32,448 nucleotides of DNA from Escherichia phage HZP2: sequence record NC_048164.1; one strand, given 5' to 3'. The position numbers and the translations under genes were made by a program. Within the stretch, counting starts at the first letter, position 1; each line of letters begins with the position of its first letter. Below the pieces are notes generated by a model. It saw only the letters and a program-made list of their open reading frames with translations. It had not been told where the DNA came from and made no database searches. Shown here in pieces: positions 1 through 6,779 of this stretch.

Positions 1-174
1 CCTTTCGGCGGTAACAACTGGCGCGGCGACTACGCGCTTGGTGGTGGCGAGGTAATGAGTGGTATTACTATCGACCAGAAAGGTGGGAACACTAGGATGT
101 TCATTGATGGAATCTTTGCGAGAGCTATTTGGATTAGAGTGTTCAATGGACAATCTCGAGCCATATGGTCCCAA
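1..174 (+). CDS. tail fibre protein (gene 17 position), C-terminal fragment; 5' end lies outside the window
   Basis: Frame-1 open from window start to TGA at 172-174, directly upstream of the holin/terminase block where gene 17 sits in T7-like genomes. The C-terminal residues (..TRMFIDGIFARAIWIRVFNGQSRAIWSQ) do not match the T7 gp17 C-terminus as I recall it (..SRSVPNAIMVENE), suggesting a different receptor-binding tip. Confidence 0.55.
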
Positions 175-193
175 TGATTAATAAGGAGATAAT

Positions 194-598
194 ATGATAC
201 GTGTTTATGAGAAGTTTAAATGGGCCAAGGGTGAGCGCCTACAGGATGGGCGCTTCATAGCGAACATTGAGGACTCTACCGGCGAATCGTGGTATGACAT
301 TATGGTCAAACTCGATGAACTAGGAGAGGATCGCTGGGTAATTGGCACTCAACAATCTGGTTTCGTTTCGTGGGCCACAAACGGAAGCGTGAACGCTTCG
401 GCTCTTCCTGTAGATGGTGGCGATGTTATCGTGATTGACTCCATCCCTGAGGACATGGAGAAAGACTTCCGGTACTGGTGGTGGGATGGTTCGCAATTCT
501 TCAAGCAGGATAATGTCAAGTCAGAACAGAAGGAGCGCACAAAGGAGGACATTATGGCTGACCTCCTGAAACTTCAAGAAGAACTCAAGACACTATAA
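194..598 (+). CDS. hypothetical protein, possible tail-fibre assembly chaperone (Tfa-like); no T7 counterpart
   Basis: ATG at 194 preceded by AAGGAGA RBS; 134 aa. T7 has no gene between 17 and 17.5. The C-terminal segment (FRYWWWDGSQFFKQDNVKSEQKERTKEDIMADLL) loosely resembles the W-x-(D/N)G-x-W ... acidic/coiled C-terminal motif of lambda Tfa / P2 gpG-type chaperones; recognised by eye only. Confidence 0.5.
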   Translation: MIRVYEKFKWAKGERLQDGRFIANIEDSTGESWYDIMVKLDELGEDRWVIGTQQSGFVSWATNGSVNASALPVDGGDVIVIDSIPEDMEKDFRYWWWDGSQFFKQDNVKSEQKERTKEDIMADLLKLQEELKTL

Positions 599-607
599 GG
601 AGGTTAA

Positions 608-811
608 ATGTTATCTTTTGACTTCAACAACGAGGTCGTTAAGGCTGCACCGATTATTGGTACAGGGGTCGCTGACGGGGCGGCCCGACTATTTTGGGGG
701 CTATCGTTAAACGAATGGTTCTACGTTGCTGCTATCGCCTACACAGTGGTTCAGATTGGTGCCAAGGTAGTCGATAAGATGATTGACTGGAAGAAAGCCA
801 ATAAGGAGTGA
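608..811 (+). CDS. 17.5: type II holin (T7 gp17.5 homolog)
   Basis: 67 aa, MLSFDFNNEVVKAAPIIGTGVADGAARLFWGLSLNEWFYVAAIAYTVVQIGAKVVDKMIDWKKANKE, near-identical to T7 gp17.5; RBS TAAGGAGGT upstream. Confidence 0.93.
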   Translation: MLSFDFNNEVVKAAPIIGTGVADGAARLFWGLSLNEWFYVAAIAYTVVQIGAKVVDKMIDWKKANKE

Positions 812-816
812 TGAAT

Positions 817-1086
817 ATGGAAAAAGATAAGAGCCTTATCACGTTCTTAGAGATGTTGGACACTGCGATGGCACAGCGTATGCTTGCTGACCTTTCTGAC
901 CCTGAGCGGCGTTCTCCACAACTCTATAACGCCATCAACAAACTGTTAGACCGTCATAAGTTCCAGATTGGTAAGTTGCAACCTGATGAGCACATCTTGG
1001 GTGGCCTCGCCGGTGCTCTGGATGAGTACAAGTCTAAAGTTGGATACGATGGTCTCACTGATGACGACATTTACACTTTGCAGTGA
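817..1086 (+). CDS. 18: terminase small subunit (T7 gp18 homolog)
   Basis: 89 aa starting MEKDKSLITFLEMLDTAMAQRMLADLSD..., matching T7 gp18. The ORF-track start at 808 is a GTG extension; the ATG at 817 matches the T7 N-terminus. Confidence 0.92.
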   Translation: MEKDKSLITFLEMLDTAMAQRMLADLSDPERRSPQLYNAINKLLDRHKFQIGKLQPDEHILGGLAGALDEYKSKVGYDGLTDDDIYTLQ

Positions 1087-1130
1087 TATACTCAAGGTCT
1101 CCTACGGGTGGCCTTTATGAATGTCATTGG
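1086..1130 (+). promoter_or_regulatory. RNase III processing site (R18.5-like stem-loop)
   Basis: Motif ..ATACTCAAGGTCTCCTACGGGTGGCCTTTATGAATGTC.. is the conserved T7 RNase III site architecture (ACTCAAGGTC ... GGCCTTTATGA). Confidence 0.6.
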
Positions 1131-1145
1131 CATTTAGGAGGTACT

Positions 1146-1586
1146 ATGAGTCTATTCAATAAGTTGTTACCTTGGGTTCTAGCTGGGATGCTATTCGGAT
1201 GGGGATGGCACCTTGGGGCAGACTCAATGGACGCCAAGTGGAAACAGGAGGTACAGAATGAGTACGTTAAGAGAGTTGAGGCTACAGCGAGCACTCAAAG
1301 AGCACTCAATGAAATATCGGCTAAGTATCAAGAAGACCTTGCCGCGTTGGAAGGGAGCACTGATAGGATTATTTCTGATTTGCGTAGCGACAATAAGCGG
1401 CTGCTCGTCAGAGTCAAAACTACCGGAACCTCCGATGGTAAGTGTAGATTCGAGCCTGATGGTCGAGCCGAACTTGACGACCGAGATGCTAAACGTATTA
1501 TCGCAGTGACCCAGAAGGGTGACGCGTGGATTCGTGCGTTACAGGATACTATTCGTGAACTACAACGTAAGCAGGAAACCGAGTAA
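1146..1586 (+). CDS. 18.5: Rz-like i-spanin (T7 gp18.5 homolog)
   Basis: MSLFNKLLPWVLAGMLFGWGWHLGADSMDAKWKQEV... matches T7 gp18.5; start chosen at the ATG at 1146 with GGAGG RBS rather than the ORF-track GTG at 1083. Confidence 0.9.
   Translation: MSLFNKLLPWVLAGMLFGWGWHLGADSMDAKWKQEVQNEYVKRVEATASTQRALNEISAKYQEDLAALEGSTDRIISDLRSDNKRLLVRVKTTGTSDGKCRFEPDGRAELDDRDAKRIIAVTQKGDAWIRALQDTIRELQRKQETE
1258..1509 (+). CDS. 18.7: Rz1-like o-spanin lipoprotein (T7 gp18.7 homolog), embedded out of frame in 18.5
   Basis: MSTLRELRLQRALKEHSMKYRLSIKKTLPRWKGALIGLFLICVATISGCSSESKLPEPP... with lipobox (ISGC) and Pro-rich tail; embedded position typical of Rz1. Confidence 0.85.
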   Translation: MSTLRELRLQRALKEHSMKYRLSIKKTLPRWKGALIGLFLICVATISGCSSESKLPEPPMVSVDSSLMVEPNLTTEMLNVLSQ

Positions 1587-1595
1587 GGAGGTAAT

Positions 1596-3356
1596 GTGTC
1601 TACTCAGTCCAATCGTAATGCGCTCGTTGTGGCGCAACTAAAGGGTGACTTCGTGGCGTTCCTGTTCGTCTTATGGAAGGCGTTAAACCTACCAGTGCCA
1701 ACTAAGTGTCAAATCGACATGGCTAAGGTGCTGGCGAATGGAGACAACAAGAAGTTCATCCTACAGGCTTTCCGTGGTATCGGTAAGTCATTCATCACAT
1801 GTGCGTTCGTTGTGTGGTCCTTATGGAGGGACCCTCAGTTGAAGATACTTATCGTATCAGCTTCTAAAGAACGTGCAGACGCTAACTCCATATTCATCAA
1901 GAACATCATTGACCTGCTGCCGTTTCTCAGTGAGTTGAAGCCGAGACCCGGACAGCGTGACTCTGTGATTAGTTTTGATGTTGGCCCCGCTAGTCCTGAC
2001 CACTCGCCTAGTGTGAAATCAGTAGGTATCACTGGTCAGTTAACAGGTAGTCGTGCTGATATTATCATTGCGGATGACGTTGAGATTCCGTCTAACAGTG
2101 CTACTATGGGTGCCCGTGAGAAGCTATGGACTCTCGTTCAGGAGTTCGCTGCGTTACTTAAACCACTACCTACGTCTCGTGTTATCTACCTTGGTACCCC
2201 TCAGACTGAGATGACTCTCTATAAGGAACTTGAGGATAACCGTGGGTACACAACCATTATCTGGCCTGCTCTGTATCCAAGGACACACGAAGAGAACCTC
2301 TATTACTCACAGCGTCTTGCTCCTATGCTACGTGCTGAGTACGATGAGAACCCTGAGGCACTCGCTGGGACTCCTACAGACCCTGTTCGGTTCGACCGAG
2401 ACGACCTGCGTGAGCGTGAGTTGGAATACGGTAAGGCTGGCTTTACGCTACAGTTCATGCTTAACCCGAACCTGAGTGACGCTGAGAAGTACCCTCTGAG
2501 GCTCCGTGACGCTATCGTAGCGGTCTTAGACTTAGAGAAGGCACCGATGCATTACCAGTGGCTTCCGAACCGTCAGAACATCATTGAGGACCTTCCTAAC
2601 GTGGGCCTTAAGGGTGACGACCTACATACATACCATGAGTGCTCGAATAACTCTGGTCAGTATCAACAGAAGATTCTGGTCATTGACCCAAGTGGTCGTG
2701 GTAAGGACGAAACAGGTTACGCTGTGCTGTACACCCTCAACGGTTACATCTACCTAATGGAAGCTGGTGGTTTCCGTGACGGTTACTCCGATAAGACCCT
2801 TGAGTTGCTCGCTAAGAAAGCCAAGCAATGGGGAGTCCAGACGGTTGTCTACGAGAGTAACTTCGGTGATGGTATGTTTGGTAAGGTATTCAGTCCTATC
2901 CTTCTTAAACACCACAACTGCGCGATGGAGGAGATTCGTGCTCGTGGTATGAAGGAGATTCGTATTTGTGATACCCTTGAGCCAGTCATGCAGACTCACC
3001 GCCTTATCATTCGCGATGAGGTCATTAGGGCCGACTACCAGTCAGCTCGTGACGTAGACGGTAAACATGACGTTAAGTATTCACTATTCTACCAGATGAC
3101 CCGTATCACCCGTGAGAAAGGTGCTCTGGCTCATGATGACCGATTGGATGCCCTTGCGTTAGGCGTTGAGTATCTCCGTGAGTCCATGCAGTTGGATTCC
3201 GTTAAGGTCGAAGGTGAAGTGCTTGCTGACTTCCTTGAGGAACACATGATGCGTCCTACAGTTTCTGCTACCCACATCATTGAGATGTCTGTAGGAGGAG
3301 TTGATGTGTACTCTGAGGACGATGAGGGATACGGTACGTCTTTCATTGAGTGGTGA
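1596..3356 (+). CDS. 19: terminase large subunit / DNA maturase B (T7 gp19 homolog)
   Basis: 586 aa, near-identical to T7 gp19 ([24 protein letters not shown]...TSFIEW). GTG start at 1596 directly after GGAGG; T7 gene 19 also appears to start with GTG. Confidence 0.95.
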   Translation: MSTQSNRNALVVAQLKGDFVAFLFVLWKALNLPVPTKCQIDMAKVLANGDNKKFILQAFRGIGKSFITCAFVVWSLWRDPQLKILIVSASKERADANSIFIKNIIDLLPFLSELKPRPGQRDSVISFDVGPASPDHSPSVKSVGITGQLTGSRADIIIADDVEIPSNSATMGAREKLWTLVQEFAALLKPLPTSRVIYLGTPQTEMTLYKELEDNRGYTTIIWPALYPRTHEENLYYSQRLAPMLRAEYDENPEALAGTPTDPVRFDRDDLRERELEYGKAGFTLQFMLNPNLSDAEKYPLRLRDAIVAVLDLEKAPMHYQWLPNRQNIIEDLPNVGLKGDDLHTYHECSNNSGQYQQKILVIDPSGRGKDETGYAVLYTLNGYIYLMEAGGFRDGYSDKTLELLAKKAKQWGVQTVVYESNFGDGMFGKVFSPILLKHHNCAMEEIRARGMKEIRICDTLEPVMQTHRLIIRDEVIRADYQSARDVDGKHDVKYSLFYQMTRITREKGALAHDDRLDALALGVEYLRESMQLDSVKVEGEVLADFLEEHMMRPTVSATHIIEMSVGGVDVYSEDDEGYGTSFIEW

Positions 3357-3393
3357 TTTATGAGGCCAAGGAAGGCCGCTTTAAGGAGGTAAT

Positions 3394-3837
3394 ATGATAA
3401 GCAAGAAGAAGTATGTTATCGATAAGGAGACTGGTTGCTGGAACTTTAGGGGATGTAAGACGAAGACTGGTTATGGTCGCATTCGTGTGAACGGAGTCCA
3501 TTGGATGGCCCACAGGTATTCCCTGAGTTGTCATCTAGGCAGACCGATAGCTGACGGAATGGTTGTGATGCACCTATGTGATAATCCTTCATGTGTTAAC
3601 CCTGAGCACCTTAAGGAAGGGACTCAGAAGGAGAACATAGAGGACTGCATCTCAAAAGGTCGTGCAACTAAGTCCACAGGTAAACGTGATGCAACTAAGA
3701 GAGACCCTAGCGAGGAACGTAAGGCTATAGTGATTCGAAGATACCATAAAGGCTGGACCGCAACGTCCATAGCGAGATACCATAAGCTCTCTGTGGCGTG
3801 GGTAAAGAGGGTCATTGAGGATTACCTAAGTGATTGA
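3394..3837 (+). CDS. free-standing HNH homing endonuclease (HNH motif plus C-terminal helix-turn-helix)
   Basis: 147 aa; GCWNF..GYGRIRVNG..HR....VVMHLCDNPSCVNPEHL is an HNH_3-type motif, same architecture as T7 gp7.7/gp5.3. Strong RBS TAAGGAGGT 7 nt upstream. T7 has no gene at this position. Confidence 0.85.
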   Translation: MISKKKYVIDKETGCWNFRGCKTKTGYGRIRVNGVHWMAHRYSLSCHLGRPIADGMVVMHLCDNPSCVNPEHLKEGTQKENIEDCISKGRATKSTGKRDATKRDPSEERKAIVIRRYHKGWTATSIARYHKLSVAWVKRVIEDYLSD

Positions 3838-3888
3838 TATTTGAAATTAGTGATACAGGTCTAAGTATATGATTACAGACCATTATTC

Positions 3889-3911
3889 TAATTCGACTCA
3901 CTATAGGGAGA
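3889..3911 (+). promoter_or_regulatory. T7 RNAP promoter (phiOR-like, right-end replication promoter)
   Basis: TAATTCGACTCACTATAGGGAGA, 21/23 match to the T7 class III consensus; positioned upstream of gene 19.5 as phiOR is in T7. Confidence 0.8.
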
Positions 3912-4002
3912 AGCCTACCTAAAGATTACTATAAGACTTAAAGTTACCTATAAGGTAGGTTGTTATTATTGTTAATACAACCAACATAAAGGGAGGAGAC
4001 TC

Positions 4003-4152
4003 ATGTTCCGCTTATTGTTGAACCTACTGCGGCATAGAGTCACCTATCGCTTTCTTGTGGTACTTTGTGCTGCCCTTGGGTACGCATCGCTTAATGGAGA
4101 CCTCAGTTCACTGGAGTCTGCCGTTTGCTCTTTACTCACTTGTAGTGATTAA
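4003..4152 (+). CDS. 19.5: gp19.5 homolog (small protein of unknown function)
   Basis: 49 aa MFRLLLNLLRHRVTYRFLVVLCAALGYASLNGDLSSLESAVCSLLTCSD, near-identical to T7 gp19.5; GGGAGGAG RBS. Not in the ORF track because it is under 60 aa. Confidence 0.85.
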   Translation: MFRLLLNLLRHRVTYRFLVVLCAALGYASLNGDLSSLESAVCSLLTCSD

Positions 4153-4392
4153 GGTCTTCCTGACCGACTGACGGCTCACCGAGGGATTCAGCGGTATGAT
4201 TGCATCACACCACTTCATCCCTATAGAGTCAAGTCCTAAGGTATACCCATAAAGAGCCTCTAATGGTCTATCCGTAAGGTCTATACCTAAAGATAGGCCA
4301 TCCTATCAGTGATGCCTAAAGAGTCGCTTAGAGAGGGCCTAAGGAGTCCCTAGAGGGTCCTTTAAAATATACCATAAAAATCTGAGTGACTA

Positions 4393-4562
4393 TCTCACAG
4401 TGTAAGCGCCCAAGGTTCCCCCCATAGGGGTCCCCAAAGTCACTCCTTTGGAGTGCCGGACCTTGAGGTGGACTTAAAGTGGGTCTTGAGGTGGACCGAA
4501 GGAGGGTCCTAGTGATACCTTGGGGAGTGTCTCCTTGTCCCTATCTGTTCAGCCTCTTAAAG
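4393..4562. repeat. genome terminal repeat (single copy, as in a concatemer junction or circularised assembly)
   Basis: Begins TCTCACAGTGTA.. like the T7 terminal repeat and ends near ..CCCTATCTGTTCAGCCTCTTAAAG; flanked upstream by CCTAAAG/CCTAAGG-type motifs and downstream by the left-end repeats and phiOL. Boundaries are inferred by T7 analogy and cannot be fixed from one copy. Confidence 0.6.
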
Positions 4563-4644
4563 TCACCTCCTAACGTCTATCCTAAGTCAACACCAACAGA
4601 ATAACCATAAAGGCCCCTCAAGTCAATACCCCATCTTAAAGATA

Positions 4645-4692
4645 ATCCTAACGACCATCCTAACGACCATCCTAACGACCATCCTAACGACC
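4645..4692. repeat. tandem direct repeat, 4 perfect copies of 12-bp unit ATCCTAACGACC (plus a degenerate fifth)
   Basis: Directly visible: ATCCTAACGACC x4 at 4645-4692 followed by ATCCTGATGATG; lies in the left-end non-coding region where T7 has an array of short CCTAAAG-containing repeats. Confidence 0.95.
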
Positions 4693-4747
4693 ATCCTGAT
4701 GATGCCTTGTCGTTACTTATAAAGAGATGACCAATAATCATTGTCTT

Positions 4748-4770
4748 TAATTCGACTCACTATAGGGAGA
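4748..4770 (+). promoter_or_regulatory. T7 RNAP promoter (phiOL-like, left-end)
   Basis: TAATTCGACTCACTATAGGGAGA, identical 23-mer to the phiOR-like promoter at 3889-3911; located just upstream of the host-promoter array like T7 phiOL. Confidence 0.8.
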
Positions 4771-4827
4771 GGAGACTACTTAAAGAGGGCCAGAGAGAGA
4801 TTAATCAAAATAATTTAAAAAAGAGTA

Positions 4828-4856
4828 TTGACTTAAAGAGCCTTAAGGGTTACTAT
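4828..4856 (+). promoter_or_regulatory. host sigma70 early promoter A1
   Basis: TTGACT - 17 bp - TACTAT; context AAAAGAGTATTGACTTAAAG matches the T7 A1 promoter. Confidence 0.8.
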
Positions 4857-4955
4857 TCATCTCGTCAACGGGACAACGGCCTAAAAGCCACTCCCCGAGA
4901 TACCGGGGTCAACCGGATAAGTAGACAGCTTGATAAGTCATACGAAAAACAAGCA

Positions 4956-4985
4956 TTGACAACACGCAGTAACATGCAGTAAGAT
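4956..4985 (+). promoter_or_regulatory. host sigma70 early promoter A2
   Basis: TTGACA - 18 bp - TAAGAT; context ACGAAAAACAAGCATTGACAACA matches T7 A2. Confidence 0.8.
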
Positions 4986-5079
4986 ACACAGCGCTAGGTA
5001 ACACTAGCAGCGCCAACCGGACGAACGGTGTCTTCTAGGTGACTCAAGCGCACCACGGCACACAAAGCAAACAAAACGG

Positions 5080-5108
5080 TTGACAACATGCAGTAAACAC
5101 GGTACGAT
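5080..5108 (+). promoter_or_regulatory. host sigma70 early promoter A3
   Basis: TTGACA - 17 bp - TACGAT; context AACAAAACGGTTGACAACATG..GGTACGATGTAC matches T7 A3. Confidence 0.8.
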
Positions 5109-5226
5109 GTACTACAAGCAGTAAGGGCGTAGGGATAGGAACCGAGAAACCTGCCCGTGACCCGCCAAGGATAAGGCACTAGCCATGAGTCGAATTCGGT
5201 CACTCATCGCATAAAAGAATAACAGG

Positions 5227-5255
5227 TTGACAGCCTCCTTTAAAAGCTGTAATAT
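5227..5255 (+). promoter_or_regulatory. additional host sigma70-type promoter (fourth in the tandem array)
   Basis: TTGACA - 17 bp (GCCTCCTTTAAAAGCTG) - TAATAT; sits ~147 bp downstream of A3, continuing the ~125-bp spacing of A1/A2/A3. Its downstream context (GTACCCACGAAATGACGGAACAGTGAGTCACCACACTGAAAGG) corresponds to the sequence that follows A3 in T7. Confidence 0.6.
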
Positions 5256-5443
5256 GTACCCACGAAATGACGGAACAGTGAGTCACCACACTGAAAGGTG
5301 ATGCGGTCTAACGAAACCTGACCAAAGACGCTCTTTAACAATCTGGTAAACGGCTCTTGAGTGTACACACGTAGCGGATAACTCAAGGGTATCGCAAGAT
5401 GCCCTTTATGATATCCACTAACAACTCTATGAGGTAACACACA

Positions 5444-5806
5444 ATGGCTATGTCTAACATGACTTATAACAACGTTTTCGATCACGCTTACGAAATGCTG
5501 AAAGAAAATATCCGTTATGATGACATTCGTGACACTGATGGTCTTGGGGACGCAATCCACATGGCAGCCGATAGCGCCGTTCCGCACTATTACAGCGACA
5601 TTTTCAGTGTAATGGCAAGCGAGGGCATTGACCTTGAGTTCGAGGATTCTGGTCTTATGCCGGACACCAAGGACGTAATCCGTATCCTGCAAGCACGTAT
5701 CTATGAGCAATTAACGATTGACCTCTGGGAAGACGCTGAGGACTTACTGGACGAGTATCTCGAGGAAGTCGAAGAGTCAGAAGAGTACGAGGAGGACGAA
5801 GAGTAA
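5444..5806 (+). CDS. ocr: Ocr (overcome classical restriction), DNA-mimic anti-restriction protein (T7 gp0.3 homolog)
   Basis: 120 aa [32 protein letters not shown]...acidic C-terminal tail ([14 protein letters not shown]); near-identical to T7 gp0.3. Confidence 0.95.
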   Translation: MAMSNMTYNNVFDHAYEMLKENIRYDDIRDTDGLGDAIHMAADSAVPHYYSDIFSVMASEGIDLEFEDSGLMPDTKDVIRILQARIYEQLTIDLWEDAEDLLDEYLEEVEESEEYEEDEE

Positions 5807-5961
5807 TGGCTAACAACACCACGCAATACGGTCTGACCGCTCAAACTGTACTGTTTTATAGTGACATGGTGCGCTGTGGTTTTGACTGGTCGCTAGCAAT
5901 GGAACACCTTAAGGAACTGTACGAAAACAACAAGGCAATAGCCTTGGAGTCTGCTGAGTGA
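5806..5961 (+). CDS. 0.4: gp0.4 homolog (in T7 an FtsZ-inhibiting early protein)
   Basis: 51 aa [51 protein letters not shown]; ATG overlaps the ocr stop (TAATG); matches T7 gp0.4. Confidence 0.85.
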   Translation: MANNTTQYGLTAQTVLFYSDMVRCGFDWSLAMEHLKELYENNKAIALESAE

Positions 5962-6005
5962 TAGGCTCAAGGTCGCTCAATACGAGTGGCCTTTATGATT
6001 ATCAT
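5959..6005 (+). promoter_or_regulatory. RNase III processing site (R0.5-like)
   Basis: TGATAGGCTCAAGGTCGCTCAATACGAGTGGCCTTTATGATTATCA, conserved T7 RNase III site architecture. Confidence 0.6.
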
Positions 6006-6023
6006 TCTGAAACAGGTGTACCT

Positions 6024-6467
6024 ATGTCACAACAAGCTAAAACTTGCATAGCGTGCGGTGAGTTCAAGCCGTTGACGCAATACTACAAGAATGCCTCATC
6101 CCTTGATGGTCACATTGGGACGTGTAAGGCATGTAAGGCCAAACAACAAAGGGAACGAAGGGCACGGAAAAGCAACGCAGAGAGATACAAAAAGGAGGCA
6201 GCACGCCGCCGCGCCAATCATCTGCGAGCAAACTACGGGATAGAAGAGGAAACCTATCGCAAGATGTACGAAGAACAACATGGGGTCTGCGCCATATGCA
6301 AACAACCTGAGAGTATTGAGGGCAGGAGTCTCTGTGTGGACCATTCACATATTACAGGAGAGGTACGTGGGCTTCTATGCTCCAATTGCAACAGAGGGAT
6401 TGGCTTACTCAAGGACTCCCCAGAGTTGGTACGAAACGCTTTTCACTACTTAACCGGTAAACTATAG
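6024..6467 (+). CDS. endonuclease VII-family (HNH-like) nuclease with N-terminal Cys-rich zinc-ribbon-like region; occupies the position of T7 gene 0.5
   Basis: 147 aa; C-terminal YEEQHGVCAICKQPE..LCVDHSHITGEVRGLLCSNCNRGIG matches the T4 endonuclease VII (gp49) N-terminal catalytic motif (C-x2-C ... DH-x-H ... VRGLLC-x2-CN). N-terminus has CIACG...CKACK plus an Arg/Lys-rich linker. Start set at the ATG at 6024 (ORF-track start 5958 is a GTG extension across the RNase III site). Confidence 0.85.
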   Translation: MSQQAKTCIACGEFKPLTQYYKNASSLDGHIGTCKACKAKQQRERRARKSNAERYKKEAARRRANHLRANYGIEEETYRKMYEEQHGVCAICKQPESIEGRSLCVDHSHITGEVRGLLCSNCNRGIGLLKDSPELVRNAFHYLTGKL

Positions 6468-6710
6468 GATGCACATTATGAAACACTACGTTATGCCTAT
6501 CCACACCAAGAACGGCGTAACCATGAGGTAGCTGTAGATGTACTAGGAAGAACCAATAACGCTATGCTCTGGGTCAATATGCTCTCTGGGGACTTTAAGT
6601 CGCTTGAGGAGCGAATCGCGCTGCGCTGGCGTAATGCTGACCGCATGGCTATCGCTAATGGTCTTCCGCTAAACATTGATAAGCAACTTGACGCAATGCT
6701 AATGGGCTGA
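6468..6710 (+). pseudogene. remnant of the gene 0.6 / 0.7 (protein kinase) region: 0.6 start fused out of frame to the last ~60 codons of 0.7
   Basis: ATGCACATTATGAAACACTACGTTATGCCTATCCACAC (gp0.6 N-terminus MKHYVMPIH) runs into GAACGGCGTAACCATGAGGTAGCTGTAGATGTACTAGG... which encodes the T7 gp0.7 C-terminus ([24 protein letters not shown]...[12 protein letters not shown]) in a different frame; the kinase domain is absent. Confidence 0.75.
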
Positions 6711-6755
6711 TAGTCTTATCTTACAGGTCATCTGCGGGTGGCCTGAATAGATACG
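6708..6755 (+). promoter_or_regulatory. RNase III processing site (R1-like) upstream of gene 1
   Basis: TGATAGTCTTATCTTACAGGTCATCTGCGGGTGGCCTGAATAG, matches the T7 R1 region. Confidence 0.55.
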
Positions 6756-6779
6756 ATTCCTGACCGAAAGAGGTACAAA

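Noticed and set aside
1083-1145. Long N-terminal extensions given by the ORF track (starts at 808, 1083, 1213, 5958, 9708, 11231, 11904, 14348, 16559, 20267, 30226)
   Set aside because: These starts are GTG/TTG codons or upstream ATGs that run across RNase III sites, promoters or the preceding gene. In each case an internal ATG with a Shine-Dalgarno sequence reproduces the T7 homolog's N-terminus, so the shorter coordinates were used.
4645-4692. CRISPR array or other defence-type repeat
   Set aside because: The four 12-bp units are directly tandem with no spacers and sit in the left-end packaging/replication region; no cas genes, tRNA or rRNA genes were recognised anywhere in the window.
5192-5197. 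Possibility that the window is an engineered or cloned T7 derivative (EcoRI site GAATTC in the extra early-region segment, swapped tail-fibre module)
   Set aside because: GAATTC also occurs elsewhere (for example about 14189-14194); there are no vector backbone, selectable markers or cloning scars, and nucleotide divergence from T7 is spread across the genome as in a natural relative. Not supportable from sequence alone.
5240-5710. 156-aa minus-strand ORF overlapping the A4 promoter region and ocr
   Set aside because: T7-like genomes are transcribed entirely left to right; it overlaps the well-supported ocr gene and promoter array, has no RBS or promoter, and is typical of antisense open frames.
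6468-6710. Read-through fusion of the endonuclease VII-like protein with the gp0.7 C-terminal tail
   Set aside because: The 0.7 remnant is in frame with the nuclease ORF after a single TAG, but there is no evidence for suppression or recoding and a 1-in-3 chance of frame coincidence; annotated as a deletion remnant and noted only as a curiosity.
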